Source of the DNA: Bacilli bacterium
GTDB taxonomy: Bacteria; Bacillota_I; Bacilli_A; RFN20; CAG-449
NCBI GenBank assembly: GCA_900755065.1
Contig: CAAEFC010000022.1
Span: 17,449-81,448 of the forward strand
Length of the DNA stretch: 64,000 nucleotides
Reading direction: 5' to 3'
Below, one piece after another: positions 37,990 to 47,068 of this stretch (its first letter is position 1; each line of letters begins with the position of its first letter). The notes beneath the pieces were generated by a model. That model was not told the origin of the DNA and ran no database searches. It was given only the letters and a program-made list of their open reading frames with translations. Position numbers and translations under genes: made by a program.

Positions 37990-38345
37990 AGTGAGTCTTT
38001 GACACTGTAAGCCAAGTTTTGTCGAGGATAATTATTTATCTATGCCGTCGCCGGCATACCGGAACTGAATTCATTTCTTCGCTCCGATCTCCCTTACCGA
38101 ATTTAGGTTTCTCGCTTGAGGGGTTTACCGCGTTCCACTTTGCGCTTTCGCGCAAACTCCGTCACTGTGGCACTTTCAAAAGTTTCACCGTATCCTGAGA
38201 CGTAGGTTTCACTTTGCCGTCAGATGCTCCCATCTGCCAAAAGTTATTTTTTCCTTTTGCACAAACACTACGGTCATCGCAGACCGTGCGAGCCTGGACT
38301 TTCCTCTAACGGATTTTTTCCGTCAGCAATTATCCGTGTCAAAGG
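37990..38345 (-). ncRNA. rnpB: RNase P RNA, type B (Bacillus type)
   Basis: The reverse complement contains GAGGAAAGTCCAGGCTCGCACGG, GAAAGTGCCACAGTGACGGAG, AGTGGAACGCGGTAAACCCCTCAAGCGAGAAACC and ACAAAACTTGGCTTACAG, nearly identical to B. subtilis rnpB blocks. P1 pairs CTTTGACAC (38336-38344) with GTGTCAAAG (37997-38005). The ends are approximate. Confidence 0.92.
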
Positions 38346-38711
38346 TTATTTGATCGTATTGGGATCGACTCCCGCTTTGAACAAGGCGGCTTCCAACGCG
38401 GAGATCTTCTGCAACAGGTCGAGATTCGATAAAGTCACGTTGCTGTCGTTGTCGGCGATGTTTTTGAGCCGGTCGTTGAGAATCTCGTTCTGCACTTCCG
38501 CATTGTCGAGACGCTCCTTGTAAATCCGGCAGGTCTTCTGCAATTCGACGACGACTCTGTTGATTTCCGAGAAAGACTTTTCCATCGCTTCGTAATCCTG
38601 AATCACCAGATCCAGAAACTCGTCGACTTCCAGAGGATCGTATCCCGGCTTTTTACCGCGAAACTCTTTATCCATAATCTTCTGCGCGTTCAGATTCAGC
38701 GATATATCCAT
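38346..38711 (-). CDS. gpsB: DivIVA-domain cell-cycle protein GpsB
   Basis: KIMDKEFRGKKPGYDPLEVDEFLDLVIQDYE DivIVA N-terminal motif, 121 aa, SD AAGGAG. Adjacent to rnpB, as in B. subtilis. The start is M14 of the track ORF. Confidence 0.8.
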   Translation of the reverse strand: MDISLNLNAQKIMDKEFRGKKPGYDPLEVDEFLDLVIQDYEAMEKSFSEINRVVVELQKTCRIYKERLDNAEVQNEILNDRLKNIADNDSNVTLSNLDLLQKISALEAALFKAGVDPNTIK

Positions 38712-38908
38712 TCGATCACTCCTTCGTTCAAAGCCGCATACATTATACATCTTTTCGGAAGATAAGTAAATATTTTACTTATTTCGCGGCGATTTTAAGA
38801 AGCAAAAGGCATCGCAACTTCCCTTTACGCGGGAGAACCGCGATGAAAACCGCGCAAAAGAAAGAGTGCGCATCAAAAAAGAGGAGATCGCTCTCCTCTC
38901 TGTTTCTC

Positions 38909-39370
38909 CTACGCGTTGTTGTTGCAGTTGCAGCAGCAACAGACCTGAACGCAGTTCGTATTCGACGTAACGCACAGCCGCCTTTTCATAAAGCAGCAAC
39001 AGACAAGGAAATTGACCTTGGCTTGCGCCCGAATATATCGCTGACAGACCATAATCGTAGTCTGATACGTGATCGTCACGGTTTCGCCGACTTCGATGTC
39101 GCCGATACGAACCTGATCGAGACTGTTCACGCAAACGGTTTCGCCGTTGACTACAACGGTATTCGGCATCAAAGCCAAAGCGTTGTCGATCGGAAGCGTG
39201 AGAACCGTATTTCTCATCACCTGATCGGAATTGTTCGTAATCGTAACCGTGTAATTGATTTCATTGCAGACACGGGCGACTGCAACATCAGAAGAAACAA
39301 CGACTCTGACACCGCATTCATCCGCAGAAGGAATGCACTGCACAAAGTTGGTATTCTGGCAATTATACAT
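38909..39370 (-). CDS. small DUF11-like (conserved repeat domain) protein with Cys-rich termini
   Basis: INYTVTITNNSDQVMRNTVLTLPID..MPNTVVVNGETV....IGDIEVGETVTITYQTTI fits the DUF11/CARDB-like pattern. The C-terminus is FLVCCCFMKRRLCVTSNTNCVQVCCCCNCNNNA. SD is AGGTGA. Confidence 0.6.
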   Translation of the reverse strand: MYNCQNTNFVQCIPSADECGVRVVVSSDVAVARVCNEINYTVTITNNSDQVMRNTVLTLPIDNALALMPNTVVVNGETVCVNSLDQVRIGDIEVGETVTITYQTTIMVCQRYIRAQAKVNFLVCCCFMKRRLCVTSNTNCVQVCCCCNCNNNA

Positions 39371-39482
39371 AGTTTCACCTACTTTTGAACAAAAAACTGT
39401 TCACTTATTTATATGAAAGAAAACCGCGATGAGTTATTTAATTTTGAAAAAATATCCACTATACTTATAAAAGGAGGCGGCT

Positions 39483-40205
39483 ATGGAAAATTTCGACCGG
39501 ATGCTCAAAAAGCGCGACACCCTGATTTTCATCGATTTTGAAGGAACGCAGTTTTCGCACGAAATCATCGCCGCAGGATGCGTCAGGACGCGCGCGGAAT
39601 CCGGATTTCCGACCGGTGAACCGCAATTCTTCAAACGCTACGTGAAGTGCTACGGACGCATCGGAAAAATCGTCACCGAGATGACCGCGATCGACGAAAA
39701 CGTTCTGAAAGATCAGGGTATTCCGATGGAAACCTTCCTTTCCGATCTCCACGAATTCATCGGCGAAAATATTTCCCGTTGCGCATTCATCGCTTTCGGA
39801 AGCAACGATATGAAGATGATGCTGGATTCAATCCGCCAATCCCGCCCGGCAAACGAAAAAATCGGCTACGAAATCTGCAAAAACACCATCGATTTCCAGA
39901 GTTTTCTCTCGCAATACATCCGGGATGAAAAGGGGAATCCGTATTCTTTGGTGAACTATCTGAAAGTGTTCGGAAAAGAGCCTTGCGGAAAGATGCACGA
40001 TCCGTTGAACGACGCGATCGATCTGATGAATCTCTACCGTTGCTTTTTCACCGATAAGGAGCAGGTGGTCAGAGAATACACCAAAGTACTCGCCCGCATG
40101 AAAATTCTTCCTCCGCCGGTTCAGAACGTCGTCCGGCAACTGATTCAGGGTCGCACCGTCGCGCCCGAAGACTTTTACGACGAAATCCGGAAATACTTCG
40201 GATAA
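39483..40205 (+). CDS. DEDDh-type 3'-5' exonuclease domain protein
   Basis: ExoI motif FIDFEGT, ExoII FGSNDMKML, and ExoIII HDPLNDAIDL. Confidence 0.7.
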   Translation: MENFDRMLKKRDTLIFIDFEGTQFSHEIIAAGCVRTRAESGFPTGEPQFFKRYVKCYGRIGKIVTEMTAIDENVLKDQGIPMETFLSDLHEFIGENISRCAFIAFGSNDMKMMLDSIRQSRPANEKIGYEICKNTIDFQSFLSQYIRDEKGNPYSLVNYLKVFGKEPCGKMHDPLNDAIDLMNLYRCFFTDKEQVVREYTKVLARMKILPPPVQNVVRQLIQGRTVAPEDFYDEIRKYFG

Positions 40206-40248
40206 ACCAGAAAGGAACGGCTCATACTATCCGTGAGCCTTTAAGAAA

Positions 40249-40863
40249 ATGATCAATTATCCCAACAGAAAAAAGGCCAATTCCGAAGCGGATTCCGCAT
40301 CCGAAGAGATGAAAAGCCGGCGGAGAAAACTGACCGCCGCCAACCGGGGCATGGATTTTGAACACGCGATCAATTCCTCGAATGCTTACTACGACGATGC
40401 CGGAAGAGCGATCATCACCAAGCGTCCGACGCCGATCCGCGTCGTCAAGGTGGATTACAGCAAAAACGCGCGCATCGTCGACGCCTACTTTGAAAAGCAG
40501 TCGACGACCGATTACAACGGCGTTTACCGGGGACGTTACGTCGATTTTGAATGCAAAGAGACCCAATCGGAAACCGCGTTGGCTTTCCACAACATCTCTT
40601 CCCATCAGATCGCGCACCTGAAAAAAGTCATCCGCCACGGCGGCATCGCTTTTTTCCTCATTTACTTCGCCAGACGGAATGAAATCTATCTTCTCGACGC
40701 TCAGGTCGTCATTGAGGCTTACGAGCATCAGGAAGAAAGAAAATCGCTGTCCTATGCCAGCATCGTGAAACAAGGATATCTGATCGAACAGGGCTTCATT
40801 CCGCGCATACGCTATTTAGACGCGGTAGATCGGGTGTATTTTCATGAAAAAAAGCAACTTTAA
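40249..40863 (+). CDS. recU: Holliday junction resolvase RecU
   Basis: ANRGMDFE..IN.SN.YY and TDYNGVYRGRYVDFECKET motifs. recU-ponA synteny. Confidence 0.88.
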   Translation: MINYPNRKKANSEADSASEEMKSRRRKLTAANRGMDFEHAINSSNAYYDDAGRAIITKRPTPIRVVKVDYSKNARIVDAYFEKQSTTDYNGVYRGRYVDFECKETQSETALAFHNISSHQIAHLKKVIRHGGIAFFLIYFARRNEIYLLDAQVVIEAYEHQEERKSLSYASIVKQGYLIEQGFIPRIRYLDAVDRVYFHEKKQL

Positions 40864-43168
40864 ACGTGGAATTTCCATTGCCGTTTCGCTGTTTTTTATC
40901 TTTACGTTTCTCGCCGTTCTCGGTGTCGGAACGTTTTTTTTCGTTCATATCGAAAAAAGGACGATCGTGTTCGACGAAGAGCAGATCACGCATTCTTCCC
41001 GCATTTACGACCGTTATTCCAATGAAATCGAAGTGCTGGGTCAGGAAACTTCACCCGTCGCTTACGCGGATATTCCGGAAGTGCTGGTCGACGCGCTGCT
41101 GTCGGTCGAAGACAGCGAATTCTTTTATCACAACGGATTCAATCCGAAACGGATTCTGACCTCTTTCGTCAGCAACCTTTTTTCCAATTCCGTGCAGGGC
41201 GGATCGACGTTGACACAACAACTGATCAAGAACACCGCCTTATCCGGCGAAAAAACCTATTCGCGGAAAGTCAAAGAAGCCTACCTCAGTTTTCTTCTGG
41301 AAAAAGAGTACAGCAAAGAAGAAATCCTCGAACTCTACTTCAACAAAATCTATTTCGAGCAATCCGTTCCCGGAATTCAGTACGCCTGCCGCGTCTTTTT
41401 CAATAAATCGGTCGGTCAGATCAATCTGGTTGAAGCGGCTCTCCTCGCTGGTTTAGTCAAATCGCCGAGTTATTATTACCCTTTTTCGTATCCTGAACGC
41501 TGTACCGAAAGAAAAAACATCGTGCTGAAAAGCATGCTCGACAACCGCGTCATCGATGAAGCCCAATACCGGTTCGCTTCTGCCGTCCGGGTCGAAGATA
41601 TCCTTTACACGAAAGACGATCCCGATCTTTCGGTCTACCCTTATCAGGCCTATCTCGATCTCGTTTACGAAGAAGTCCGGCAACTGACCGGAAAAGACCT
41701 CTATACCCACCCGCTGATCGTGGAAACCTACCTCGATTCTTCGCTTCAAAAGCACATCGATCTGATTCAGCAGGGCAGTATCATCGGCTTTACCGACGAC
41801 AATCAGCAGATCGGAGGAGTCGTTCTGAACAACGAAGGAACGGAAGTCATCGGCGTCATCGGAGGACGGAATTACGCAGGAAAAAAGGTTTTCAACCGCG
41901 GTTTTCACCTGAAACGGAATCCCGCCAGCACGATCAAGCCGGTTCTTTCCTACGCGTTGGGAATGGAATATCTGGGTTTACACCCGCTTTCGACCGTCAA
42001 AGACGAGGCTTACGCCTATTCGGGAACGAATACGGAAGTCCATAACGCCGACAAGAAATATCTGGGCAATCTCTCGGTCATCGAAGCATTGGGCTATTCC
42101 CGAAACACCTGCGCCGTGAAAATTTTCGACGCGCTGAAACAAAAAATCGGCATCGGCGCGATCGACGACTACCTCCGGAAGATTTCTCTGATGGACGAAG
42201 GGACGCTTTCCGCCAGTTACGCTCTGGGCGGAATGACTTATGGCGTATCCCCTCTTCAAATGGCAGGCGCTTACGCGATGTTAGCCAATCACGGCCGCTA
42301 CAAAGAGCCTTCTGCCGTCCGCTCGATCAAGGATGCCGACGGCCATCTTCTCTATCAGAGAGAGGAATCCTCTCAGCAGGTGATCGCCGAAGAAAGCGCC
42401 GATCAGGTCACCTACGCCTTACAGAAAGTCATGGAAAAAAACTATCTGAACATCAACATCACCAAGCCCGACGGCATCGACGTCGCCGGAAAAACCGGGA
42501 CGAACGCTTACGACAGCGTCACCATCGCCCGGAATCACTATCCGTCCAACGCCGACAAGGACATCTGGTTTGCCGGCTATTCCGCGAAAAACACCTGTGT
42601 GGTCTGGACAGGATTCGACGAAGCGCTCGATCGGCAAAACTATTTCACCAGCAACGATCCGCGCAAGAAAATCGCCAAAAACGTGTTTAAAAGCATTCTG
42701 GAACAAATCCATAAAAAAGGCGAATTCACCTATTCGGATCAACTGAAAAAAATCAATCTGGTCAAAGGACTCGACGGCGATTATCTTCCGGATCCAACGG
42801 TTCCGGCTTATTTGATTGAAGAAACCCTGATCGATCCGCGCAAGACGTTTCCGCGTCCTCTTCCGGAACTGAACATCGAAAAAATCGAAGACGTCAGCGT
42901 CTTCGCCACCTCGGAAGAATTGCTCTTTCAGGTCCAAACGCCCTTGACCGAAGATGAAATCTATACAGCCCTTTACGGCGAAAAACTCTATCGGATGCAC
43001 GTTCTCACCCCTTCCGCTCAGGAAGAGGAGATGACTTCGACGGACGGCTGTTTCACCTATCTCTGCAAAGAAAAAGGAACTTACCGCTTCGACTTTTCCG
43101 TCGGCTTCCGAAACAACGCGGAGCAAAAAGGCGAAACCTATTCCTTTTCCTTCGATTGCCGCGCATAG
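40844..43168 (+). CDS. ponA: class A penicillin-binding protein (PBP1A type)
   Basis: Glycosyltransferase motifs EDSEFFYHNGF, GGSTLTQQL and RKVKEA. Transpeptidase motifs STIKP, SRN and KTGT. N-terminal TM. Confidence 0.92.
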   Translation: MKKSNFKRGISIAVSLFFIFTFLAVLGVGTFFFVHIEKRTIVFDEEQITHSSRIYDRYSNEIEVLGQETSPVAYADIPEVLVDALLSVEDSEFFYHNGFNPKRILTSFVSNLFSNSVQGGSTLTQQLIKNTALSGEKTYSRKVKEAYLSFLLEKEYSKEEILELYFNKIYFEQSVPGIQYACRVFFNKSVGQINLVEAALLAGLVKSPSYYYPFSYPERCTERKNIVLKSMLDNRVIDEAQYRFASAVRVEDILYTKDDPDLSVYPYQAYLDLVYEEVRQLTGKDLYTHPLIVETYLDSSLQKHIDLIQQGSIIGFTDDNQQIGGVVLNNEGTEVIGVIGGRNYAGKKVFNRGFHLKRNPASTIKPVLSYALGMEYLGLHPLSTVKDEAYAYSGTNTEVHNADKKYLGNLSVIEALGYSRNTCAVKIFDALKQKIGIGAIDDYLRKISLMDEGTLSASYALGGMTYGVSPLQMAGAYAMLANHGRYKEPSAVRSIKDADGHLLYQREESSQQVIAEESADQVTYALQKVMEKNYLNINITKPDGIDVAGKTGTNAYDSVTIARNHYPSNADKDIWFAGYSAKNTCVVWTGFDEALDRQNYFTSNDPRKKIAKNVFKSILEQIHKKGEFTYSDQLKKINLVKGLDGDYLPDPTVPAYLIEETLIDPRKTFPRPLPELNIEKIEDVSVFATSEELLFQVQTPLTEDEIYTALYGEKLYRMHVLTPSAQEEEMTSTDGCFTYLCKEKGTYRFDFSVGFRNNAEQKGETYSFSFDCRA

Positions 43169-43776
43169 AGGCAATGCGCCTGCAAGGCGCACGATCCGCA
43201 GAAGGGGTTCCGGCTCTTGCACAAGTCCCGTCCGAAGAAAATCAACTGATGATGCGACCGGATCCACCGATCCTCCGGAATCGCCTCCCTGAGTTTTTCT
43301 TCCACCTGAAACGGCGTGTCCTTTTCATCGGCGAGTTGCAGGCGTTTCGCGACTCTTTCCACGTGCGTATCGACCGGAATTTCCGGAATTCCGAACCCCT
43401 CGATCCGGACGACGTTCGCCGTCTTTCTCCCCACGCCGGGTAAAGACGTCAGGGCTTCTTTGCTTTCCGGCACTTTTCCCCCGTACCGGTTCATGAGAAT
43501 CTGAGCCGTCAGCACGATGTTTTTCGCTTTGCTTTTCCCCAATCCGACCGAATGGACGATGCGCTCGATTTCGTCCGGATTCGCCTTTGCGAACGCATTC
43601 AGATCCGGGTAACGCTCGAACAGTTTCTCCGTCACCTGATTGACGCTTTTATCGGTCGCCTGCGCCGAAAGCATGACGGCGAACAGCAACTCGTAATCCG
43701 TCCGGTAGTTCAACTGGCACCGCGCATCGGGATACCTCTCTTCCAGAAAGTTCAGGATTTCCTCCGCCTTACTCAT
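43138..43776 (-). CDS. nth: endonuclease III
   Basis: HhH motif LPGVGRKTANVV and Fe-S cluster C.....C..C.....C at the C-terminus. The start is M12, overlapping the dnaD stop (ATGAGTAA). Convergent 31-nt overlap with ponA. Confidence 0.9.
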   Translation of the reverse strand: MSKAEEILNFLEERYPDARCQLNYRTDYELLFAVMLSAQATDKSVNQVTEKLFERYPDLNAFAKANPDEIERIVHSVGLGKSKAKNIVLTAQILMNRYGGKVPESKEALTSLPGVGRKTANVVRIEGFGIPEIPVDTHVERVAKRLQLADEKDTPFQVEEKLREAIPEDRWIRSHHQLIFFGRDLCKSRNPFCGSCALQAHCLYARQSKEKE

Positions 43777-44428
43777 CGTCGTCCGTCCACCTCGTATTGG
43801 CGATTTCAATGGTTTTTTCCAGATCTTTTTTCCACTTCTCGTTCGCGGAAGAATAGCCTTCCCGCTCGATATCGCGGCTGGAAACGTATTTCAGGATCAT
43901 CTTGTCGAGTTTATTGACCGTCACGTTCTTCACCTTGTGCTGGCATTCGTGAATGCAGTCGACGATGATTTCCTGCGTGATGCCCTGACTGATCCAGTCC
44001 CGTATTTTCTCGATTTCGATCGGAGACAGATTCCGTCCGAGTTCGCCCTGAACGATTTGAAACACGTTGGACATTTCCTCGCTCTGTTTCTGATCGACTT
44101 GCCCTTTCACCAACCGCACGACGTCGTTCTGAAACAGGTTCAGCAGTTTGTCGTAGGTCGGCTTCAACGAACTGACGAGACTTCCTTCGACCTTCCGGTA
44201 TTCGATGAATCCTCTGGAAGTCAGGCTGACGAGAATCGTATCGATTTCCTTCACGTTCAGATTCATCTTCAACGCCATCAGTTCCGCCGTGACAAGAACC
44301 GGCGCGCCTTTCAGCACATTATCGACGCAAAGAAGCACCGCCAGATCGTATTCGCTTAATCCCAGCGATTTGTAATTGTCGACCAGTACATAACGGTAAT
44401 CGATCTGTTGCAGAGTCAGTTCGTTCAT
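43769..44428 (-). CDS. dnaD: DNA replication initiation protein DnaD
   Basis: Winged-helix N-terminal domain plus a DnaD/DnaB_2 C-terminal domain (GRNLSPIEIEKIRDWI). nth-dnaD synteny. Confidence 0.8.
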   Translation of the reverse strand: MNELTLQQIDYRYVLVDNYKSLGLSEYDLAVLLCVDNVLKGAPVLVTAELMALKMNLNVKEIDTILVSLTSRGFIEYRKVEGSLVSSLKPTYDKLLNLFQNDVVRLVKGQVDQKQSEEMSNVFQIVQGELGRNLSPIEIEKIRDWISQGITQEIIVDCIHECQHKVKNVTVNKLDKMILKYVSSRDIEREGYSSANEKWKKDLEKTIEIANTRWTDDDE

Positions 44429-44436
44429 GTTATCTC

Positions 44437-46095
44437 CTACCTTTCTCTCACTTTCCGGAAAACTCTCAGAAAGTTCTTATAAAAGATCTTTTCGATCTCT
44501 TCCTGTCCGTATCCTTCCTTGACCAGCGCTTCTTTCAACGCCAGCGTGCGCGTGCAGTCGCTCATGCCGATCGGCGTCGGTATGCCGTCGAAATCACTGC
44601 CCAGAGCGATCACGTCGATGCCGCCGACATCGCGGATATGGTTGATGTGCCGGATCAAATCCGGAATCTGATTCACCCGGCTCGAAGAAACGAAATCGGG
44701 ACAGTAATTGATGCCCATGACCCCGCCGTTCTCTTTCAGTTTCACGATCATGTCGTCCGTCAGATTCCGGCTGACGGGACAGATCGCGCGGCTGTTGGAA
44801 TGACTGGCGACGATCGGCTTCGTCGAATAACGGATGCAATCGTAGAATCCGGCATCGGAAAGATGAGACACGTCGATGATGATGCCCGATTCGTTCATCT
44901 TCCGGATCAGGGCGATGCCGAAATCCGTCAGACCGTTTTTCTCGTCGGGACCGAAATCGAGGACTTTCCCCGAAGCGTCCATGCGGACGTTCGGATAGCC
45001 GATCGAATTGGGATAATTCCACGTCAAAGTGATCATGCGCACGCCCTGTTCGTCAAAATAGTCCAGATTTTCCTCTTTTCCTTCCAGCATTTCGCCGTCT
45101 TCCAGAGACAATAACGCCGACATTCTTTTATTCGCGCGATGATTCAGAATATCCACATATTCAAAAACCTGACCGATGAGGTTCCGGTTTTCTTCCATCT
45201 GCTCCTTGAACAGACTGACGTATTTCTTCGCTTCCGAAAACGGATGAGCGTAATTCGCCGTTTTGAGAAAGATGGCGAACGTCTGCATCCGATACTGCCC
45301 TTCATTCATCTTTTTCAGATTCAGATGAAGGTGATTCTGATACAGACCTTTTTCCCTCACCTCTTCCCTCGTCAGCGTATCGCAATGAAGGTCAATGACG
45401 TCCAGACGGTTTTTCGAAACGTATTCCAGAGGAATCACATCGTCGATGCGGTGAATTTTCAGCATCCACATCGTTTTTTCTTCGGAAAAGGCTCTCATCT
45501 TTCCGATTTCTTCCAGACAGCGGACGAAGGAAATCTTTTTCAGCCCGGAAATATTCTCGTCGATCTCTTTGATCAACTGAGGCGTCAGAGAAAAGTTTAA
45601 CGTCAAAGAAAAGCGCAATGCGCGGAGAATCCGAAGCGGATCTTCTTTCAGGCGCTGATCCGGCTTTCCGATCATCGAAATCAGATGATTTTTCAGATCG
45701 TCGGTTCCGTGATAGTAATCGTAAATCTTCCCTTTCGCGTCGATATAGATGGCGTTGATCGTAAAATCCCTTCTCTTCGCGTCTTTCCGGAGACTTTTGA
45801 CGAAGCGGATCTCTTTCGGATGACGAAAATCGTCGTACCCGCTTTCTTCGCGTAACGTCGTGATGTCCGCTTTGACCCCGTTGTATTTCAGATGTACGCT
45901 TCCCATCGCCGAAAAGGTATCGTCGAAAGTCAAAAAAGATTTCATCTCTTCCGGCGTCGCGTCGGAAACCAGATCGAAGTCGGCGATCTCCTGATTCAAC
46001 AGCAGACTCCGGCTGGTTCCCCCTACCATGTAAAGCGAATAACCGTGTTCGGCGAACACTTTTTCCAATTCCAGATAAATCCCAGGCAGTTCCAT
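44437..46095 (-). CDS. fusion protein: class II nucleotidyltransferase (CCA-adding/poly(A) polymerase head-neck) + M19 membrane-type dipeptidase
   Basis: Residues 1 to about 235 carry MVGGTSRS, DFDL, RRDFTINA and EDPLRILRALRF. From about residue 240 the motifs are IDLHCDT, ITLTWN, IIDVSHLS, VASHSNS and GSDFDG. It is a single uninterrupted 552-codon ORF. Confidence 0.8.
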   Translation of the reverse strand: MELPGIYLELEKVFAEHGYSLYMVGGTSRSLLLNQEIADFDLVSDATPEEMKSFLTFDDTFSAMGSVHLKYNGVKADITTLREESGYDDFRHPKEIRFVKSLRKDAKRRDFTINAIYIDAKGKIYDYYHGTDDLKNHLISMIGKPDQRLKEDPLRILRALRFSLTLNFSLTPQLIKEIDENISGLKKISFVRCLEEIGKMRAFSEEKTMWMLKIHRIDDVIPLEYVSKNRLDVIDLHCDTLTREEVREKGLYQNHLHLNLKKMNEGQYRMQTFAIFLKTANYAHPFSEAKKYVSLFKEQMEENRNLIGQVFEYVDILNHRANKRMSALLSLEDGEMLEGKEENLDYFDEQGVRMITLTWNYPNSIGYPNVRMDASGKVLDFGPDEKNGLTDFGIALIRKMNESGIIIDVSHLSDAGFYDCIRYSTKPIVASHSNSRAICPVSRNLTDDMIVKLKENGGVMGINYCPDFVSSSRVNQIPDLIRHINHIRDVGGIDVIALGSDFDGIPTPIGMSDCTRTLALKEALVKEGYGQEEIEKIFYKNFLRVFRKVRER

Positions 46096-46138
46096 AAGCG
46101 CAATCTTCCTTCCTATTTCCGATAAAATATTTTTTTTG

Positions 46139-46167
46139 TTGACAAGAGACTGAATTTTGTTTATATT
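46139..46167 (+). promoter_or_regulatory. sigma-A promoter for tRNA-Val
   Basis: TTGACA, 17-nt spacer, TATATT. The -10 box ends about 20 nt upstream of the tRNA. Confidence 0.7.
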
Positions 46168-46187
46168 ATTATCGTTATTCGGCTGAT

Positions 46188-46263
46188 GGGTATTTAGCTC
46201 AGCTGGGAGAGCATCTGTTTGACGTACAGAAGGTCGGGAGTTCGATCCTCTCAGTACCCACCA
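46188..46263 (+). tRNA. tRNA-Val (anticodon GAC), CCA encoded
   Basis: Cloverleaf: GGGTATT/AGTACCC acceptor stem, GCTC-AGCTGGGA-GAGC D-arm, TCTGT-TTGACGT-ACAGA anticodon arm, GGGAG-TTCGATC-CTCTC T-arm, then ACCA. Confidence 0.92.
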
Positions 46264-46275
46264 TGAAGCAATCGG

Positions 46276-46302
46276 AAGATTCCTCGAAAGGAATCTTTTT
46301 TT
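46276..46302. terminator. terminator shared by tRNA-Val and cdaA
   Basis: AGATTCC-tcgaaa-GGAATCT hairpin followed by a T-run. Confidence 0.7.
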
Positions 46303-47068
46303 ACAGATTATTGTCGTCGTCCATGCGGGCGATGAACTCTTCCAGGAAAGAATCGTACGAACAACTTTCCATCTGCCCCTTATAGGTCAGAGAAATTCTC
46401 CCGGTCTCTTCGCTGACGACGACCGTAACCGCATCGGAAATCTCGCTGATGCCGAAAGCCGCACGATGACGGGAGCCGTATTTCCCGCTTAAAGCGCGCG
46501 TGGTCGGCGTATAGTAGACCGAAGCCGCCAGAATTTTGTCTCCGCGAATGACGACGGCGCCGTCGTGCAACCTCGTACCCGGATAAAAAATCGTCATCAG
46601 CAATTCCGAACAGACCGGCGCGTTGATCATCGTGCCGTTTTTGACGATATCGTTGAGATTCGTCGTTTTCTCAAACGTGATGATCGCCCCCGTTTTCGTC
46701 CGGGACAATTCCTTCACCGTATCGGAAATCATCTTGTAAAAACTCTCTTTGACCATGCGCTTCTCGGCGTGTCTTTTATTCCGCGATTTGACATTGTTCA
46801 AAATGTAATATCGGTATTCGCTCGCGTTGATCGTCACGTAAACGATGCCCGAAGCGAAAAGAAAAGCGACGGCAAGAACGCTGACGCCGGTCAGATCGAA
46901 GATGCGGGCCAGCACATAGACGGCATCCGCGATCAGAATCGAAAAAACGACGAACTTTCTCCGCAGAAAGACGATCAGAAAAAAAGAGATTACCCCAAGG
47001 ATAAGGACGCTGATCGCTAAATCAGACAGAAAGACCGGATCGGTAAATTTGTTCGTCAACAGATTCAT
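46301..47068 (-). CDS. cdaA: diadenylate cyclase CdaA
   Basis: Three N-terminal TM segments plus a DAC domain (GAIITFE, HDGAVVI, GSRHRAA, VVVSEETG). The start is taken at M32 of the track ORF, with SD GAGGA. Confidence 0.88.
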   Translation of the reverse strand: MNLLTNKFTDPVFLSDLAISVLILGVISFFLIVFLRRKFVVFSILIADAVYVLARIFDLTGVSVLAVAFLFASGIVYVTINASEYRYYILNNVKSRNKRHAEKRMVKESFYKMISDTVKELSRTKTGAIITFEKTTNLNDIVKNGTMINAPVCSELLMTIFYPGTRLHDGAVVIRGDKILAASVYYTPTTRALSGKYGSRHRAAFGISEISDAVTVVVSEETGRISLTYKGQMESCSYDSFLEEFIARMDDDNNL

